Positions 35,743 to 46,205 of a DNA stretch of 64,000 nucleotides are shown here, piece by piece. This DNA comes from Flavobacteriales bacterium (GTDB lineage Bacteria > Bacteroidota > Bacteroidia > Flavobacteriales > UBA7312). The notes under the pieces are model-generated. The model searched no databases. It was not told the origin of the DNA and saw only the letters and a list, made by a program, of their open reading frames with translations. Within the stretch, counting starts at the first letter, position 1. The number at the start of each line of letters is the position of its first letter. The translations under genes and the position numbers were made by a program. Location: the NCBI GenBank assembly GCA_049890295.1, contig JBMHBP010000012.1, positions 9,983 to 73,982 on the forward strand. Direction: 5' to 3'.

Positions 35743-37320
35743 CTAAAAATCATTGTAAGTGTTACTCAAATCTGATTTGAGGGAGAAAAATAAATATTGA
35801 TTTTTTGAATTAGTAGTGAGGTCTTCAGCTAGACGGTTTGTAATACCCAATTCTAGTTTTAAATTGGTCATTGGGTTAATCAAATAACCTATTCTCACAT
35901 CTGTATGCTGTAAATGAGTGGTATTGCCTTGAGCAATTTCATTTCCGAAATCATTTCTATTTTGGTTATACGAATAAAAGATATCAGACCCATAGTTAGT
36001 AGTATCACCTTCTAGTTGAGCTCCTAGTCGAGCCAATACAATTTTCAAATCGGCACTCCAGCGATCTTTCCTATAGCGAATGATAGTTACGTTTTCAATA
36101 AAGCTAGCCCCAAATGGATGAGCTAAGGGTTGTGCAAAATGTGCATAATTAAGTATGGGTTTAAGATGGCTATAAGTGAAAGGCCTAACAATATTCAATT
36201 CTGACTGTAAACTTAAGTTGTCAAAACCAAATAAATCAAAACATTTAAAGCCTATTTGCCCGCCGTATTTATTAGCCCAATAACCGTTTTGAGCTTTTAA
36301 TTGTTTAAGGGTGAATTCATCGAGTAAAAACTGACCATACAAATGTGCTAGATTAGTTAATTTATACTTGAGTCCTAGACCCATAACCGCATTTCCGTGC
36401 CTTGAATATCCAATAGAATATTCTACAGGACGGTAAAAAATAATTGGATTTAAGTAATTAACATCAAAAACATGGCCTAAACTATCTTCACCTAACATTA
36501 TTGACTCAAACAAATTGATAGTCAAACGACTACCTATATTAGCACTCAAATAATGTATGGCACTAAATTTTTTCTTACTTATATCGTAACCTCTGTCCCA
36601 ATCGATATGCTGCATGCTAGAGAACAAATTAACGTATTTAAGCCTCCAAAAGGTGGTAGTGAGTTTAAAGTATGGATAGTTAAAAGCATTATCAGATAAT
36701 AAAAGTGATCGATAACCATCGCCAAAAAAGTGCTTGCCATGACCAAATTCTATATTAAAGAACTGGCTAGCATTATAGTTTACATAGGCATTGGCGTGGT
36801 ATAAATCAATAATGGAGTCTTCCAAGAAAATAGTTCGTTTTACCATTCCCTGACCAGGTAAAACAAATTGATTATTTAAAATAAACTGCTGAATATAATC
36901 ATTAGTAAAGGCTTGAAGTTCATGAAATGCTGTATAAAAGGTGGTCTTATTTCCTATTCTTCCTTTCAGTTCAATACCTCTGGAGTTTATATATCGATTA
37001 ACAGCATCATTACCAATTTCAAAGTGAAAGAGCGGATTCAAATAAAGCTCATAATCATCGGTCTTTACGAAAAGTAAATTATCATTTAAAAAGTTATTTA
37101 AAACTATACTCTTGCTGTTAAATGAGCTATTCAATTGATAAAAAGAACTATCACTTTGAGATAACTTTAAGGGCTTAATAGAGGTGTGGTTTCTAACACC
37201 TATTTCGTGCATCTCTTTTTCAATATTAGCCAAATAGTTATGACTTAAAGAGCTATTGTATTGAGAAATGGCTGAGTTGCAGAAACTGAATACTAAAACT
37301 AGAGTAAGTAAAACCTTCAT
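35743..37320 (-). CDS. Outer-membrane beta-barrel protein, capsule-assembly Wzi-like / RemB-like (tentative)
   Basis: 525 aa. Signal peptide, alternating beta-strand pattern, C-terminal aromatic residue (..YNDF). Located at the edge of the polysaccharide locus. The family call is from memory only. Confidence 0.4.
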   Translation of the reverse strand: MKVLLTLVLVFSFCNSAISQYNSSLSHNYLANIEKEMHEIGVRNHTSIKPLKLSQSDSSFYQLNSSFNSKSIVLNNFLNDNLLFVKTDDYELYLNPLFHFEIGNDAVNRYINSRGIELKGRIGNKTTFYTAFHELQAFTNDYIQQFILNNQFVLPGQGMVKRTIFLEDSIIDLYHANAYVNYNASQFFNIEFGHGKHFFGDGYRSLLLSDNAFNYPYFKLTTTFWRLKYVNLFSSMQHIDWDRGYDISKKKFSAIHYLSANIGSRLTINLFESIMLGEDSLGHVFDVNYLNPIIFYRPVEYSIGYSRHGNAVMGLGLKYKLTNLAHLYGQFLLDEFTLKQLKAQNGYWANKYGGQIGFKCFDLFGFDNLSLQSELNIVRPFTYSHLKPILNYAHFAQPLAHPFGASFIENVTIIRYRKDRWSADLKIVLARLGAQLEGDTTNYGSDIFYSYNQNRNDFGNEIAQGNTTHLQHTDVRIGYLINPMTNLKLELGITNRLAEDLTTNSKNQYLFFSLKSDLSNTYNDF

Positions 37321-37367
37321 ATAAGCAAAAATACTAAAAGAATTATTAGTTGAACGTTAGTAAAAAA

Positions 37368-38477
37368 TCAAGAGATTAAAGGAATATATTGTTTGGCGAT
37401 ATCGTCCCATGAATAATTTGTTTTCATAGTCTGAATAGCATTGACTGAATAATTTTTTTTCAAAGATTCATCTTGAATAAGGGTGTTGATTTTTTGGGCT
37501 AAATCGGTTGGATTTAAGGATTGGAAAATGGACCCATTATTTTCATCAACAATTACTTCTTTGAATGGAGGTATATCTGAAACTACCACAGGAATACCAT
37601 AAGACATAGACATTAATAAAACACCACTCTGAAAAATGACTTCGTAGGGAAGAATCATAGCATTTACGGCTTTGAAATAAAGCTCTCTCTTTTCCTCGGT
37701 AATATAATTTACATCTAAAAGAACTCTATCACTAATATTTAGTCGATCTATTGCTTCTTGGTATTGATGAAAATTTACTTTTCCACTACTGCCTGCTATA
37801 ATTAAATGTATACTATTGTCAATTGCAGGCATAGCATTTAGCAGAACATCTAGTCGCTTAGTTGGCTTAAGTCTACCAAAAAATAGAATGTAATGGCGTT
37901 TTGGGTCAAGATTTAGTTTTTCTCTAGCAATATCAGTAGAAATTGATTGATCAGGCAATGTAAGAAAAGCTCCATGTTTAATAATTCTCAATTTAGAGTG
38001 CAGACTTTCTTTGATGAGCGGCAGTATAGACTGCTTTGAAAACTCGTTATGTACAATGATATATTTTGACCATTTCTCATATATCAACCAGTGAAAAATC
38101 CGATTATCTTGGTTAGTAAAAGAAGAAACATCATGAGCAATGGTGATAATTTTTAACCCAAATACTTTTGATATAAAATATGTCAAAAAAGCCATCATGT
38201 GGGTAGAAAACACGTGTACAATTATTGTATTTATATCATGTCGTTTGCAATGAAAACAGGTCAATAACATCCCCTTTAAAAAGTTAATAGTTTGGGAAAG
38301 TTTTGAAGAAAACATTACACCAAAGTATGACTTGGTAATTACTTCTGAGTTTTCTACTTCAAAGTTGGAGTAAATATATGGCTTGACAGCTTGTTTTTGA
38401 AGTGAAATGGCTAGTGAATAATCATAATGATTCATTCCACTTTTGATTCCCACAGGGTCTATAATTCCTATTTTCAT
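37368..38477 (-). CDS. Glycosyltransferase family 4 (GT-B)
   Basis: 369 aa. FFGRLKPTKRLDVLL, and the E-x7-E region (YEVIFQSGVLLMSMSYGIPVVVSD). Confidence 0.8.
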   Translation of the reverse strand: MKIGIIDPVGIKSGMNHYDYSLAISLQKQAVKPYIYSNFEVENSEVITKSYFGVMFSSKLSQTINFLKGMLLTCFHCKRHDINTIIVHVFSTHMMAFLTYFISKVFGLKIITIAHDVSSFTNQDNRIFHWLIYEKWSKYIIVHNEFSKQSILPLIKESLHSKLRIIKHGAFLTLPDQSISTDIAREKLNLDPKRHYILFFGRLKPTKRLDVLLNAMPAIDNSIHLIIAGSSGKVNFHQYQEAIDRLNISDRVLLDVNYITEEKRELYFKAVNAMILPYEVIFQSGVLLMSMSYGIPVVVSDIPPFKEVIVDENNGSIFQSLNPTDLAQKINTLIQDESLKKNYSVNAIQTMKTNYSWDDIAKQYIPLIS

Positions 38478-39313
38478 TTCCAGTGACTTAAATCAGTTTT
38501 AAGTAATGACTCTAATTTCCCTATGTCTTCTAAGTAATAGTCTTTCAAAACTGTAGACATGTGTTCAGAAACTTTAGGTTTTTCTTTTTTTGAAAAGACT
38601 AATTTTTTGATGCGTTTTATATTCTGTTTTGTGAAAATTATATTAAAACTTTTCCTTAACCAATCAAACTTATAAAGAAATGCAACTAGAGTGTTTGAAG
38701 GTAAAACAAACGGATTTTGTATGGAATAGTTCAAACTTAAATTATCGACATTCAAGAAATCAAATACCTCTTTCATTACTAATGAAGTGTCTTTTTTGAA
38801 ATCGTCATAAAATAAAATTTTCACATTCTCTTTTCCAAATGCTGTGATGTAACGTTTTACTTGATCATGATATAAACCTAACTCAAAGTATTGCTGAAAA
38901 AATTGAGGGTACTTTTCTTGGCATTTAAAAATATGATCAAACTCTAAATGGCAATATCCCAGTCGACTATCCATTAAATAATGAGAAAAAGCACGTTCAA
39001 TTGGCTGACGTAACATTATGATAATTTTAGCGTCCTTGTTATAATCTTTAATGCGTTTGGGGACATCTTGGTAAAAAAGATAAGAAACACTTGCCTCGCC
39101 TAAAATAGGTTTAGTTTCATCAAATAGCTTCTCGTAATCTTTTGAGTTTTGTATGGATTTAGAATTATAAAATAAGGATGATACTTCTCGGCATGAAAAG
39201 AAGTCTGGTTCTTTAATAGAACTCATTGATACCTGAGTGTGCTGATTAAGGTAATGATGCAAGGAGGTGGTTCCTGCTTTTGGGGCACCGACTATGAACG
39301 TATTGACTTTCAT
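38474..39313 (-). CDS. Sulfotransferase family protein
   Basis: 279 aa. 5'-PSB loop FIVGAPKAGTTSL and 3'-PB motif MLRQPIERAFSHY. Confidence 0.8.
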   Translation of the reverse strand: MKVNTFIVGAPKAGTTSLHHYLNQHTQVSMSSIKEPDFFSCREVSSLFYNSKSIQNSKDYEKLFDETKPILGEASVSYLFYQDVPKRIKDYNKDAKIIIMLRQPIERAFSHYLMDSRLGYCHLEFDHIFKCQEKYPQFFQQYFELGLYHDQVKRYITAFGKENVKILFYDDFKKDTSLVMKEVFDFLNVDNLSLNYSIQNPFVLPSNTLVAFLYKFDWLRKSFNIIFTKQNIKRIKKLVFSKKEKPKVSEHMSTVLKDYYLEDIGKLESLLKTDLSHWK

Positions 39314-39314
39314 A

Positions 39315-40217
39315 TTACATTTTTAAACCTTTAAAATAGGAGGTTTGTATTAAACTTAATACTTGCCAATTTTTATTAAAATTTCTACTAAAAAAGAATC
39401 TAAACATTAAATAAAACCATAAATAAATAATCATTAAATAAGACAATAAATCCTTTTGTTTTTTTAGAAAGTATACATGATTTTTACTATTCTGCTTGAT
39501 AAAAAAGGGACTATAAAATTGAGAGCCTTTTGCAGTTCTAGATTTCGTTAAACTTCCTATTTTGTGAAAAAACTCAATGTTGTGAATGTATCTGACTTCA
39601 TGTTTATTATTCAATTTAATTCGATAAAAGAAATCCGTGTCGTCGAAGTAAACAAAAAATTTTTCATCCATGAGACCGACATCCTCAAAAACCGTTTTAT
39701 GTATTAATGCACAGCATGTCGGTGCATATTCTATAACATCATCACTATTATATTGGCCTTTATCTAATTCACCTTGCCCTCTATGATAATTTAATTTTGC
39801 TTTCCAAGGATTATAAAACCCTCCTGCAAACCAAATCTCATCTTGGTTGTCATAATATTTCATTTTAGGCACAATCACACTTGATTTATAACGGTGATAA
39901 CCATCGATCAGTTTTTCAAATAAGGCTGGCTCAAACTTTGTGTCATTATTCATCAGAAGTATGAAATCACAATCCTGTTCCATTGCTAATTTAATACCCT
40001 GATTATTAGCCGCTGCAACGCCTACATTTGTCTTATTTTCAACCAGAATTTGGTTAGAGTCAAGATGTGCTTTGATAAGCTCCACCGAATTGTCTGATGA
40101 TGCGTTATCTATATAAATAGTTTTGAAATTGCTATGAGTCTGAGCAGAGAGAGAACTAAAAAAATCGGCTAATACTTTTTCACTATTATATGTTACACTA
40201 ACTACGCCAATTTTCAT
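39315..40217 (-). CDS. Glycosyltransferase family 2
   Basis: 300 aa. VVSVTYNS, IDNASSDNS, LLMNNDT (DxD-like), C-terminal TM segment. Confidence 0.85.
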   Translation of the reverse strand: MKIGVVSVTYNSEKVLADFFSSLSAQTHSNFKTIYIDNASSDNSVELIKAHLDSNQILVENKTNVGVAAANNQGIKLAMEQDCDFILLMNNDTKFEPALFEKLIDGYHRYKSSVIVPKMKYYDNQDEIWFAGGFYNPWKAKLNYHRGQGELDKGQYNSDDVIEYAPTCCALIHKTVFEDVGLMDEKFFVYFDDTDFFYRIKLNNKHEVRYIHNIEFFHKIGSLTKSRTAKGSQFYSPFFIKQNSKNHVYFLKKQKDLLSYLMIIYLWFYLMFRFFFSRNFNKNWQVLSLIQTSYFKGLKM

Positions 40218-41347
40218 TTCATCAACCCCTTTTCTTTTAGCTCTAGAATAGACTGTTCATAATTATCAGATTGAATCTCTTGTTTTTTCACCCATTCAAC
40301 AAATAAACTGACACCTTCTTTAAATGAAGTTTTAGGTTGAAAACCTAGTAGCTTACTTATTTTATTTATGTCAGCTTTGTTATGACGGATATCTCCCAAT
40401 CTATATTCTCCACTTATGCGAATGTTAATATCAGATTGATAAAGTTGTTTTAAATTTTGAGCCACCTCTTCTACTGTAGTGGCTACTCCTGAACCAACAT
40501 TCAACGCTATATTTTGAGGAACTGTTTTTTGGATTGAAAGGATAGTTGCATCAATAACATCATCTATGTATACAAAGTCTCGACTCTCTTGACCATCTTC
40601 GAAAATATTGATATCATTTTTATTCAAAATTCGTGTTGAAAAAATGGATAATATTCCTGTATATGGATTGGATAGTGATTGTCCAGGGCCATATACATTT
40701 TGATACCTCAATGCTATTGCAGAAATATTTAGACTTTGACAACTTACCAAAACCATTTGTTCTTGAGTATTCTTTGTAATCCCATATATAGATTCAGGAT
40801 GAATTTTTGACTCCTCATCAGTGCTAATAAGTTCTAATGGTTGCTCACAGACATCACACATTGGATCAAATTTACCTTGCGACAAATGATCATTTTTTCG
40901 CTGATGAGGATAAACAAACCCATGATCTTCACAACGGTATTTCCCTTCGCCATAGATGGCCCTTGAAGAAGCGACAATAACTTTTTTTACGTTATGATTT
41001 GAGTTGGTGAGTATATCCAGCATATTAGCAGTACCTACACCATTTGTATTTACATACTTTTCAACTTGGTACATGGATTGCCCAGTACCTGTCTCAGCTG
41101 CTAAATGAACGATTATATCTTGATTTGTTATAGCGTTTTGCCAGTCAGACTTATTGACAACATCACCGTAAATAAAATTAACCTTTTCTTTTATCGATTG
41201 ATATAAGAATGAGTTTTCAGGATTATCTGAATGTATTTGTGGTGAAAGATTGTCTAAAACAGTAACTTGATGACCCAACTCTATTAAGCGCAATGCTAGT
41301 CGCGAACCTATAAAGCCTGCACCTCCTGTAATTAATATTTTATCCAT
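40214..41347 (-). CDS. NAD-dependent sugar epimerase/dehydratase with CxxH...CxxC insertion
   Basis: 377 aa. ITGGAGFIGSRL, SSRAIYG, YGITK (YxxxK). A ~50-aa insert lies between them and contains CEDH and CDVC. Confidence 0.85.
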   Translation of the reverse strand: MDKILITGGAGFIGSRLALRLIELGHQVTVLDNLSPQIHSDNPENSFLYQSIKEKVNFIYGDVVNKSDWQNAITNQDIIVHLAAETGTGQSMYQVEKYVNTNGVGTANMLDILTNSNHNVKKVIVASSRAIYGEGKYRCEDHGFVYPHQRKNDHLSQGKFDPMCDVCEQPLELISTDEESKIHPESIYGITKNTQEQMVLVSCQSLNISAIALRYQNVYGPGQSLSNPYTGILSIFSTRILNKNDINIFEDGQESRDFVYIDDVIDATILSIQKTVPQNIALNVGSGVATTVEEVAQNLKQLYQSDINIRISGEYRLGDIRHNKADINKISKLLGFQPKTSFKEGVSLFVEWVKKQEIQSDNYEQSILELKEKGLMK

Positions 41348-42549
41348 CTAAACTTATTAAAAAAATAAATCCCACCAGACATTACAAATGTTAAGAAAAA
41401 AGGTCTTAACAATAAGGGTTCAGTCATAAGGGATATAATAATAAAAATAAAAAACCATTTTCTTTTTTCCAAGACAAACTGTTGCTTAAACAACATTAAA
41501 AGTACAATTAATGTAAACGGAATTCCTGTAGCTGCCAGAAAAAACATCACTGAATTTGTAGAACCTTTACTTCTATTTGAAAAGTCAAGAGCATTTAGAT
41601 TCAAAGAATAGGCTGTAAATTGGCGAACTTCTATATATTGCTCATCATCTAGTCCTACACCTGTTAAGGGGTAATCTTTTAGTAAATAGAAAGGCTGAAC
41701 TAAATCAAAAAAACGAGCTTGAAAAGAATACCTGCCATCTCCAGATACTTTGTCACGGATATTATCGACAGTAACGAAGTATATGCTAACAAGTATTAAG
41801 AAAATTACAGGAGTGAAATAGATATTTCTTCTAACTGAACTAAAAAAATAAATTACTATCTGTAACAGTAATACTAACAATCCTGTAGTTGAAAATGTAG
41901 TTAAAAGACCAATTAGGATTAGCCAAAATAATAGGCCTCTTTTTTTATAAATAAAGGCCTCAATAAAGAACAAAAGATTAAGATATATCTGTAAAATACC
42001 TGGCTCCCAAAAAATACCTTGATTTCTGATCATATCAAACCCAAAGAATGAAATTGAATGAGTATCTAAATAATAAAAAAGATAAAAGAATGTTTGACAA
42101 TTGTATCGCTCATTACTGATTTCAAATAAAAAAGGTTTGATCAATGGGTAAGCCAAGAAATTAATCAAGGAATGAAAAAGAGCGAGTCTAAGAACAACAT
42201 ATAAATGGGGTATAAATTTTGACTGATTTTGACCTCTAGAATAATACAATGCTGCAAAAACTGACGATAGAAATATCACAAAACTGGCTAAGAGTTTTTG
42301 GGATGACTGAGGGGTTATAGCAAATACATAATTTATAACTAGAAGTAGTGAAAACAAACCAAAAAGCTGAACTATTTTTATGACTTCACTTTTGAAAATA
42401 TTTTTAAAAAATAAAAGCCCTGCAAATACTACTAATATAGTGTACAGCATTTCCTTTCTAAAAAAAACAAATAAAAGACTTCCTGCTGATAACGTTAGTA
42501 AAAGCATGGGTAGCCAATCGAAATTATATTTTTTGAAGCTTAAATTCAT
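41332..42549 (-). CDS. O-antigen polymerase/ligase-like (Wzy-type) membrane protein
   Basis: 405 aa. About 10 TM helices with one larger loop. Context is between transferases and the flippase. Confidence 0.65.
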   Translation of the reverse strand: MNLSFKKYNFDWLPMLLLTLSAGSLLFVFFRKEMLYTILVVFAGLLFFKNIFKSEVIKIVQLFGLFSLLLVINYVFAITPQSSQKLLASFVIFLSSVFAALYYSRGQNQSKFIPHLYVVLRLALFHSLINFLAYPLIKPFLFEISNERYNCQTFFYLFYYLDTHSISFFGFDMIRNQGIFWEPGILQIYLNLLFFIEAFIYKKRGLLFWLILIGLLTTFSTTGLLVLLLQIVIYFFSSVRRNIYFTPVIFLILVSIYFVTVDNIRDKVSGDGRYSFQARFFDLVQPFYLLKDYPLTGVGLDDEQYIEVRQFTAYSLNLNALDFSNRSKGSTNSVMFFLAATGIPFTLIVLLMLFKQQFVLEKRKWFFIFIIISLMTEPLLLRPFFLTFVMSGGIYFFNKFRWIKY

Positions 42550-43139
42550 TCCTTAACTTCAAGCCAGCTATTATGTTTCTGATCATATCGTTTTATCACT
42601 TTTGCAGGTGACCCAACTGCCATACTATAATCGGGTATATCTTTAGTAACTACTGAATTTGCACCTATTATACATTGTTTTCCTATTTTAGAGGATATAA
42701 CGCATACATTTTCACCAAGCCAAGTACCTTCTCCAATCTTTACCTCTTGTTTAAACCCTAGCCCTTGGTTTTTATATGGCAAATTCCCATTTCTAAATTC
42801 ATGAAAATTATCAGCTATATAAACATTATCTGCTATCAAAACATTACTTGAAATATGTATGTTTTTTAACGCTACTATATGCACATTTCTGCCAATGTAC
42901 GTATTTGAACCTATGAAAAGCTTTTCATTGTTACCACCTACTTGTTTATCATCGAGTGCCAATAACCAGGCGTTTTGTTTGACAAAAACGTTTTCATCAA
43001 TGGAAATAAATTGTGCTCCATTTATTGAAATTGGCATACAAAGCGTAGATTTACTTCCTAATTTTTTAAACGAACTTTTATAAAGTAGAGTAAATGCTTT
43101 ATCGCGTAATTTTTTTAAATAGTTATGAATTGTCTCCAT
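42546..43139 (-). CDS. Hexapeptide-repeat (LbH) acyl/acetyltransferase
   Basis: 197 aa. Repeated [LIV]-G-x4 hexads (IGSNTYIGRNVHIV, ISSNVLIADNVYIAD, IGEGTWLGENVCVIS, IGANSVVTKDIP). Confidence 0.75.
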   Translation of the reverse strand: METIHNYLKKLRDKAFTLLYKSSFKKLGSKSTLCMPISINGAQFISIDENVFVKQNAWLLALDDKQVGGNNEKLFIGSNTYIGRNVHIVALKNIHISSNVLIADNVYIADNFHEFRNGNLPYKNQGLGFKQEVKIGEGTWLGENVCVISSKIGKQCIIGANSVVTKDIPDYSMAVGSPAKVIKRYDQKHNSWLEVKE

Positions 43140-44058
43140 CTTTTAGCCAATTTACATTTGCTGAAGGCAAAAGATCCTTCAACATACTAACATCTTTACT
43201 AAAATACGTTTTTAACTTATTGTTGGTCTCTTCTGTCAATAATACTTTTGATTTTGTTAGATTTTTTCGAACAACAATTTCTTTCAAAAGTCTAGTTTTT
43301 TCTTTTCCAATAATGCTGTAAAAGGTATCTTTCAAAAATGATATAGCCGATATCTGTTGTAAGAAGTTGTTTAGCCATTTATTTTTTGGCACCCCTGTAC
43401 TCTTTTTGTTGACTAAGAAGTTAGAAGGTTTGAATGATGAATCTATACCCAAAAATTCAAAGATTTCAACTAAACTACCATCTATATCATTTATAAATTG
43501 TTCAAAAAATATAATTTTCACATCATCAAATTGTTCTTGAAAGGCTTTTACCTGATTGGCATAAGCACTCAAGCCTAAATAATGCCAAAATGAATTATAC
43601 CCTTTTGAAATTCTATTTGCTTCTTCTTGAATAGCTTGCTCGAAACTTAAGTCTTCAACACTAGAAAGATTGTGCTGGTAATTTGAAAAAGCTCTATCAA
43701 TTGGGTTCCTTAATAAAATTAGAATTTTAGGCTTATTATTACCAATAGCTTTTAATTTTGGTATTACCTCTTCATAATGGTAGAGGTATTGAGTACTTGA
43801 ATCACATAAAATTTTTTCAGTTCTATTTTTATAAAGGTTCAAATAGTCTTCTTCATTTAATACAGAACTCCTCAATAAATATGGTTTTATTGGATCAGCA
43901 TCACTAATATTCTGAATGGTATCCTTTATAAAAAAGCGTGGTTCTTTATCTGGAATACATATATCAGGGTGTTGATTTAAATAATGGTATAAGGAAGTGG
44001 TTCCAGATTTTGGAGCTCCTACAATAAATAAATTGGGATACGTCTTCATTTGAACCAA
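43123..44058 (-). CDS. Sulfotransferase family protein (second copy)
   Basis: 311 aa. FIVGAPKSGTTSL and LLRNPIDRAFSNYQH. Confidence 0.8.
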   Translation of the reverse strand: MVQMKTYPNLFIVGAPKSGTTSLYHYLNQHPDICIPDKEPRFFIKDTIQNISDADPIKPYLLRSSVLNEEDYLNLYKNRTEKILCDSSTQYLYHYEEVIPKLKAIGNNKPKILILLRNPIDRAFSNYQHNLSSVEDLSFEQAIQEEANRISKGYNSFWHYLGLSAYANQVKAFQEQFDDVKIIFFEQFINDIDGSLVEIFEFLGIDSSFKPSNFLVNKKSTGVPKNKWLNNFLQQISAISFLKDTFYSIIGKEKTRLLKEIVVRKNLTKSKVLLTEETNNKLKTYFSKDVSMLKDLLPSANVNWLKDGDNS

Positions 44059-45377
44059 GGTATGTAAATAGTATAAAAATTAAACTCTTTTTTAATATAA
44101 ATTATCATTAAAATATTCCATAAAATACCGCTAACAGCACTAGCTATTGCAGCGCCGTTAATTCCATAAATAGGAATTAAAAAATAATTTAGTGAAATAT
44201 TAATTATAGCCGCGAGGATAAGTATGTTTTGAAAAATAGTTTGCTTTCCAACCATTTGAAGAAATGTACCAACTGAGCCTGAAATAGCACTAAACATTTT
44301 GCCTGTGGAAAGCATTATTAAACTAAAAGCAGCAATGGTAAACTCTTCACCAAACATACTTAATATGAGCTCTGGCAATATTAAAAATAATAGGAGAACT
44401 GGCATACTTATCCAAAAAATTGTTTTGGTTGACTGTTTTACTATTTTCTTTAATGACTCTACATCTCCAGAAGAATGTAATTCTGAAAATTTTGGTGCTG
44501 CTATACTATTCACTGACATTAATCCAATGTATGAAAGCATGGACAATTTTAACGCTATACTATAAATACCTACCTCTTCTGAAGATCTCATATTCGCTAG
44601 CATAAATAAATCCACTTTTCCCATTATCAACATCATAGATTGACCCAAAAGTAAGGGGAATGAAATAGTCAATAATTCTGATGTAGATAAAGGTGTTTGT
44701 TCTGAATTAGTACCAACTTGAATGTTTTGTTTTAAGGTAAACCAAAAGACATAGGACGCTAAAGTCATTATTATAACACTAGCCACATAAGCATAAATCG
44801 GTAAACTATTATCGGAAATAAAAAAAGAACAAGCTACTAATGTTAATAATGTAAATAATGAAATGGAAACATTATTTAAAAAGGAAAATGAAAGCATCTT
44901 TTTTAAGCCGCGAATAGCCTGCACATTCATATAAAATAAAACTAATGGAATAAATGAAAAAGACACTATCAGTAAATAGTCCTTCTCTAAATTCATAAAA
45001 GCAGCCACATTATTCGAAAAGAACAATAATACTAATGTTATAAGTACAGCTACTATACTGACGATGATAATAGATTTAGTGTATAACTTGTCTATTAATT
45101 GAGAAGAGTTTAACTGAATATATTTCGAAATAAATCGCACCAATGCTGTATCAACACCTAATCTTGAAATGATACTTAAAATTTCTACAATTAAAAGGGC
45201 AGTAACATACTGACCAAAAATATAAGCACCATACTGATTAGTAATATAAATAGCTAACACATAACCAATAACTAATCCTACAATTTTAAGAATGAAAGTA
45301 CTTGATGCCCCTTTAATTAATTCAAAGAAATGATTATCGGTAGAAAGCTTCGAATAATATGATTTTAACTTGTTCAA
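44046..45377 (-). CDS. Polysaccharide flippase (Wzx, MOP superfamily)
   Basis: 443 aa. About 12 TM helices, typical Wzx size and position at the head of the locus. Confidence 0.75.
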   Translation of the reverse strand: MNKLKSYYSKLSTDNHFFELIKGASSTFILKIVGLVIGYVLAIYITNQYGAYIFGQYVTALLIVEILSIISRLGVDTALVRFISKYIQLNSSQLIDKLYTKSIIIVSIVAVLITLVLLFFSNNVAAFMNLEKDYLLIVSFSFIPLVLFYMNVQAIRGLKKMLSFSFLNNVSISLFTLLTLVACSFFISDNSLPIYAYVASVIIMTLASYVFWFTLKQNIQVGTNSEQTPLSTSELLTISFPLLLGQSMMLIMGKVDLFMLANMRSSEEVGIYSIALKLSMLSYIGLMSVNSIAAPKFSELHSSGDVESLKKIVKQSTKTIFWISMPVLLLFLILPELILSMFGEEFTIAAFSLIMLSTGKMFSAISGSVGTFLQMVGKQTIFQNILILAAIINISLNYFLIPIYGINGAAIASAVSGILWNILMIIYIKKEFNFYTIYIPWFK

Positions 45378-45388
45378 GGAATAATTGA

Positions 45389-46138
45389 CTAATAATCGCT
45401 ATTACTTTTTTTATCATTCAATATGACCAAGGCTGATGAAGTACCGATTCGTCGAACACCCGCATCAAGCATTTTATTGAAGTCAGTTAAATTTCTAACT
45501 CCACCTGAGGCTTTTACAGGTAATGGTGCAGAATGGCTGACCATTAATTGTATAGCGGCTACAGTTGCACCACCAGACTTACCATTAGGTAATTGATAGT
45601 ATCCTGTTGAAGACTTTACAAAAACAGTTTTAGCTTGTTCTGGGCCAAAACTTGCCAAAACTAAATCTCTTATCAATTGACAAACAGAAATAATTTCTTG
45701 ATCACTCAATGCTGCTGACTCAATAATCCACTTTGTAATTTTTTTATTTTCTAAGCACAAAGTCGTACAGCGAAGAATTTCTTCTTTTAGATAGGTCCAT
45801 TTTTTTTCTTTAATCAAGGAATAATTCAAAACAATATCAATTTCATCGGCTCCTAGTTCAATGGCAGATTGAATTTCTTTTTCTTTTTGATTAATGGTTG
45901 ATTGCCCTAAAGGAAAATCGATTACAGTACCAACAAGCAGTTGACTATTATTTTCTTGAACGTATGTATTGGCTAATTCAATATGTTCTTGTCTTATCAT
46001 GACCAACTTGAATTTGTACTCTATAGCTTCCAGAATAAATGATTTGAGAGAATCAATATATTCAGATTCGGAACAATCAGACTGCTCTAAAGTCTTTAAA
46101 AAAGTTGAGTCAAAATACTTACAAATTGAATGATCCAT
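45389..46138 (-). CDS. deoC: Deoxyribose-phosphate aldolase family protein
   Basis: 249 aa. DIVLNY, FVKSSTGY, PVKASGGVR (Schiff-base Lys region), IGTSS. Confidence 0.75.
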   Translation of the reverse strand: MDHSICKYFDSTFLKTLEQSDCSESEYIDSLKSFILEAIEYKFKLVMIRQEHIELANTYVQENNSQLLVGTVIDFPLGQSTINQKEKEIQSAIELGADEIDIVLNYSLIKEKKWTYLKEEILRCTTLCLENKKITKWIIESAALSDQEIISVCQLIRDLVLASFGPEQAKTVFVKSSTGYYQLPNGKSGGATVAAIQLMVSHSAPLPVKASGGVRNLTDFNKMLDAGVRRIGTSSALVILNDKKSNSDY

Positions 46139-46155
46139 AAAAGCCTTGTTTTGAG

Positions 46156-46188
46156 AAATAAAAAAGGCTCACCCTAAGATAAGCCTTT
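46156..46188 (-). terminator. Putative terminator downstream of tonB
   Basis: On the minus strand, AAAGGCT-N12-AGCCTTT (7-bp stem) followed by TTTATTT. The loop is large, so support is moderate. Confidence 0.45.
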
Positions 46189-46205
46189 AAAATCATTAAA
46201 GTTGT

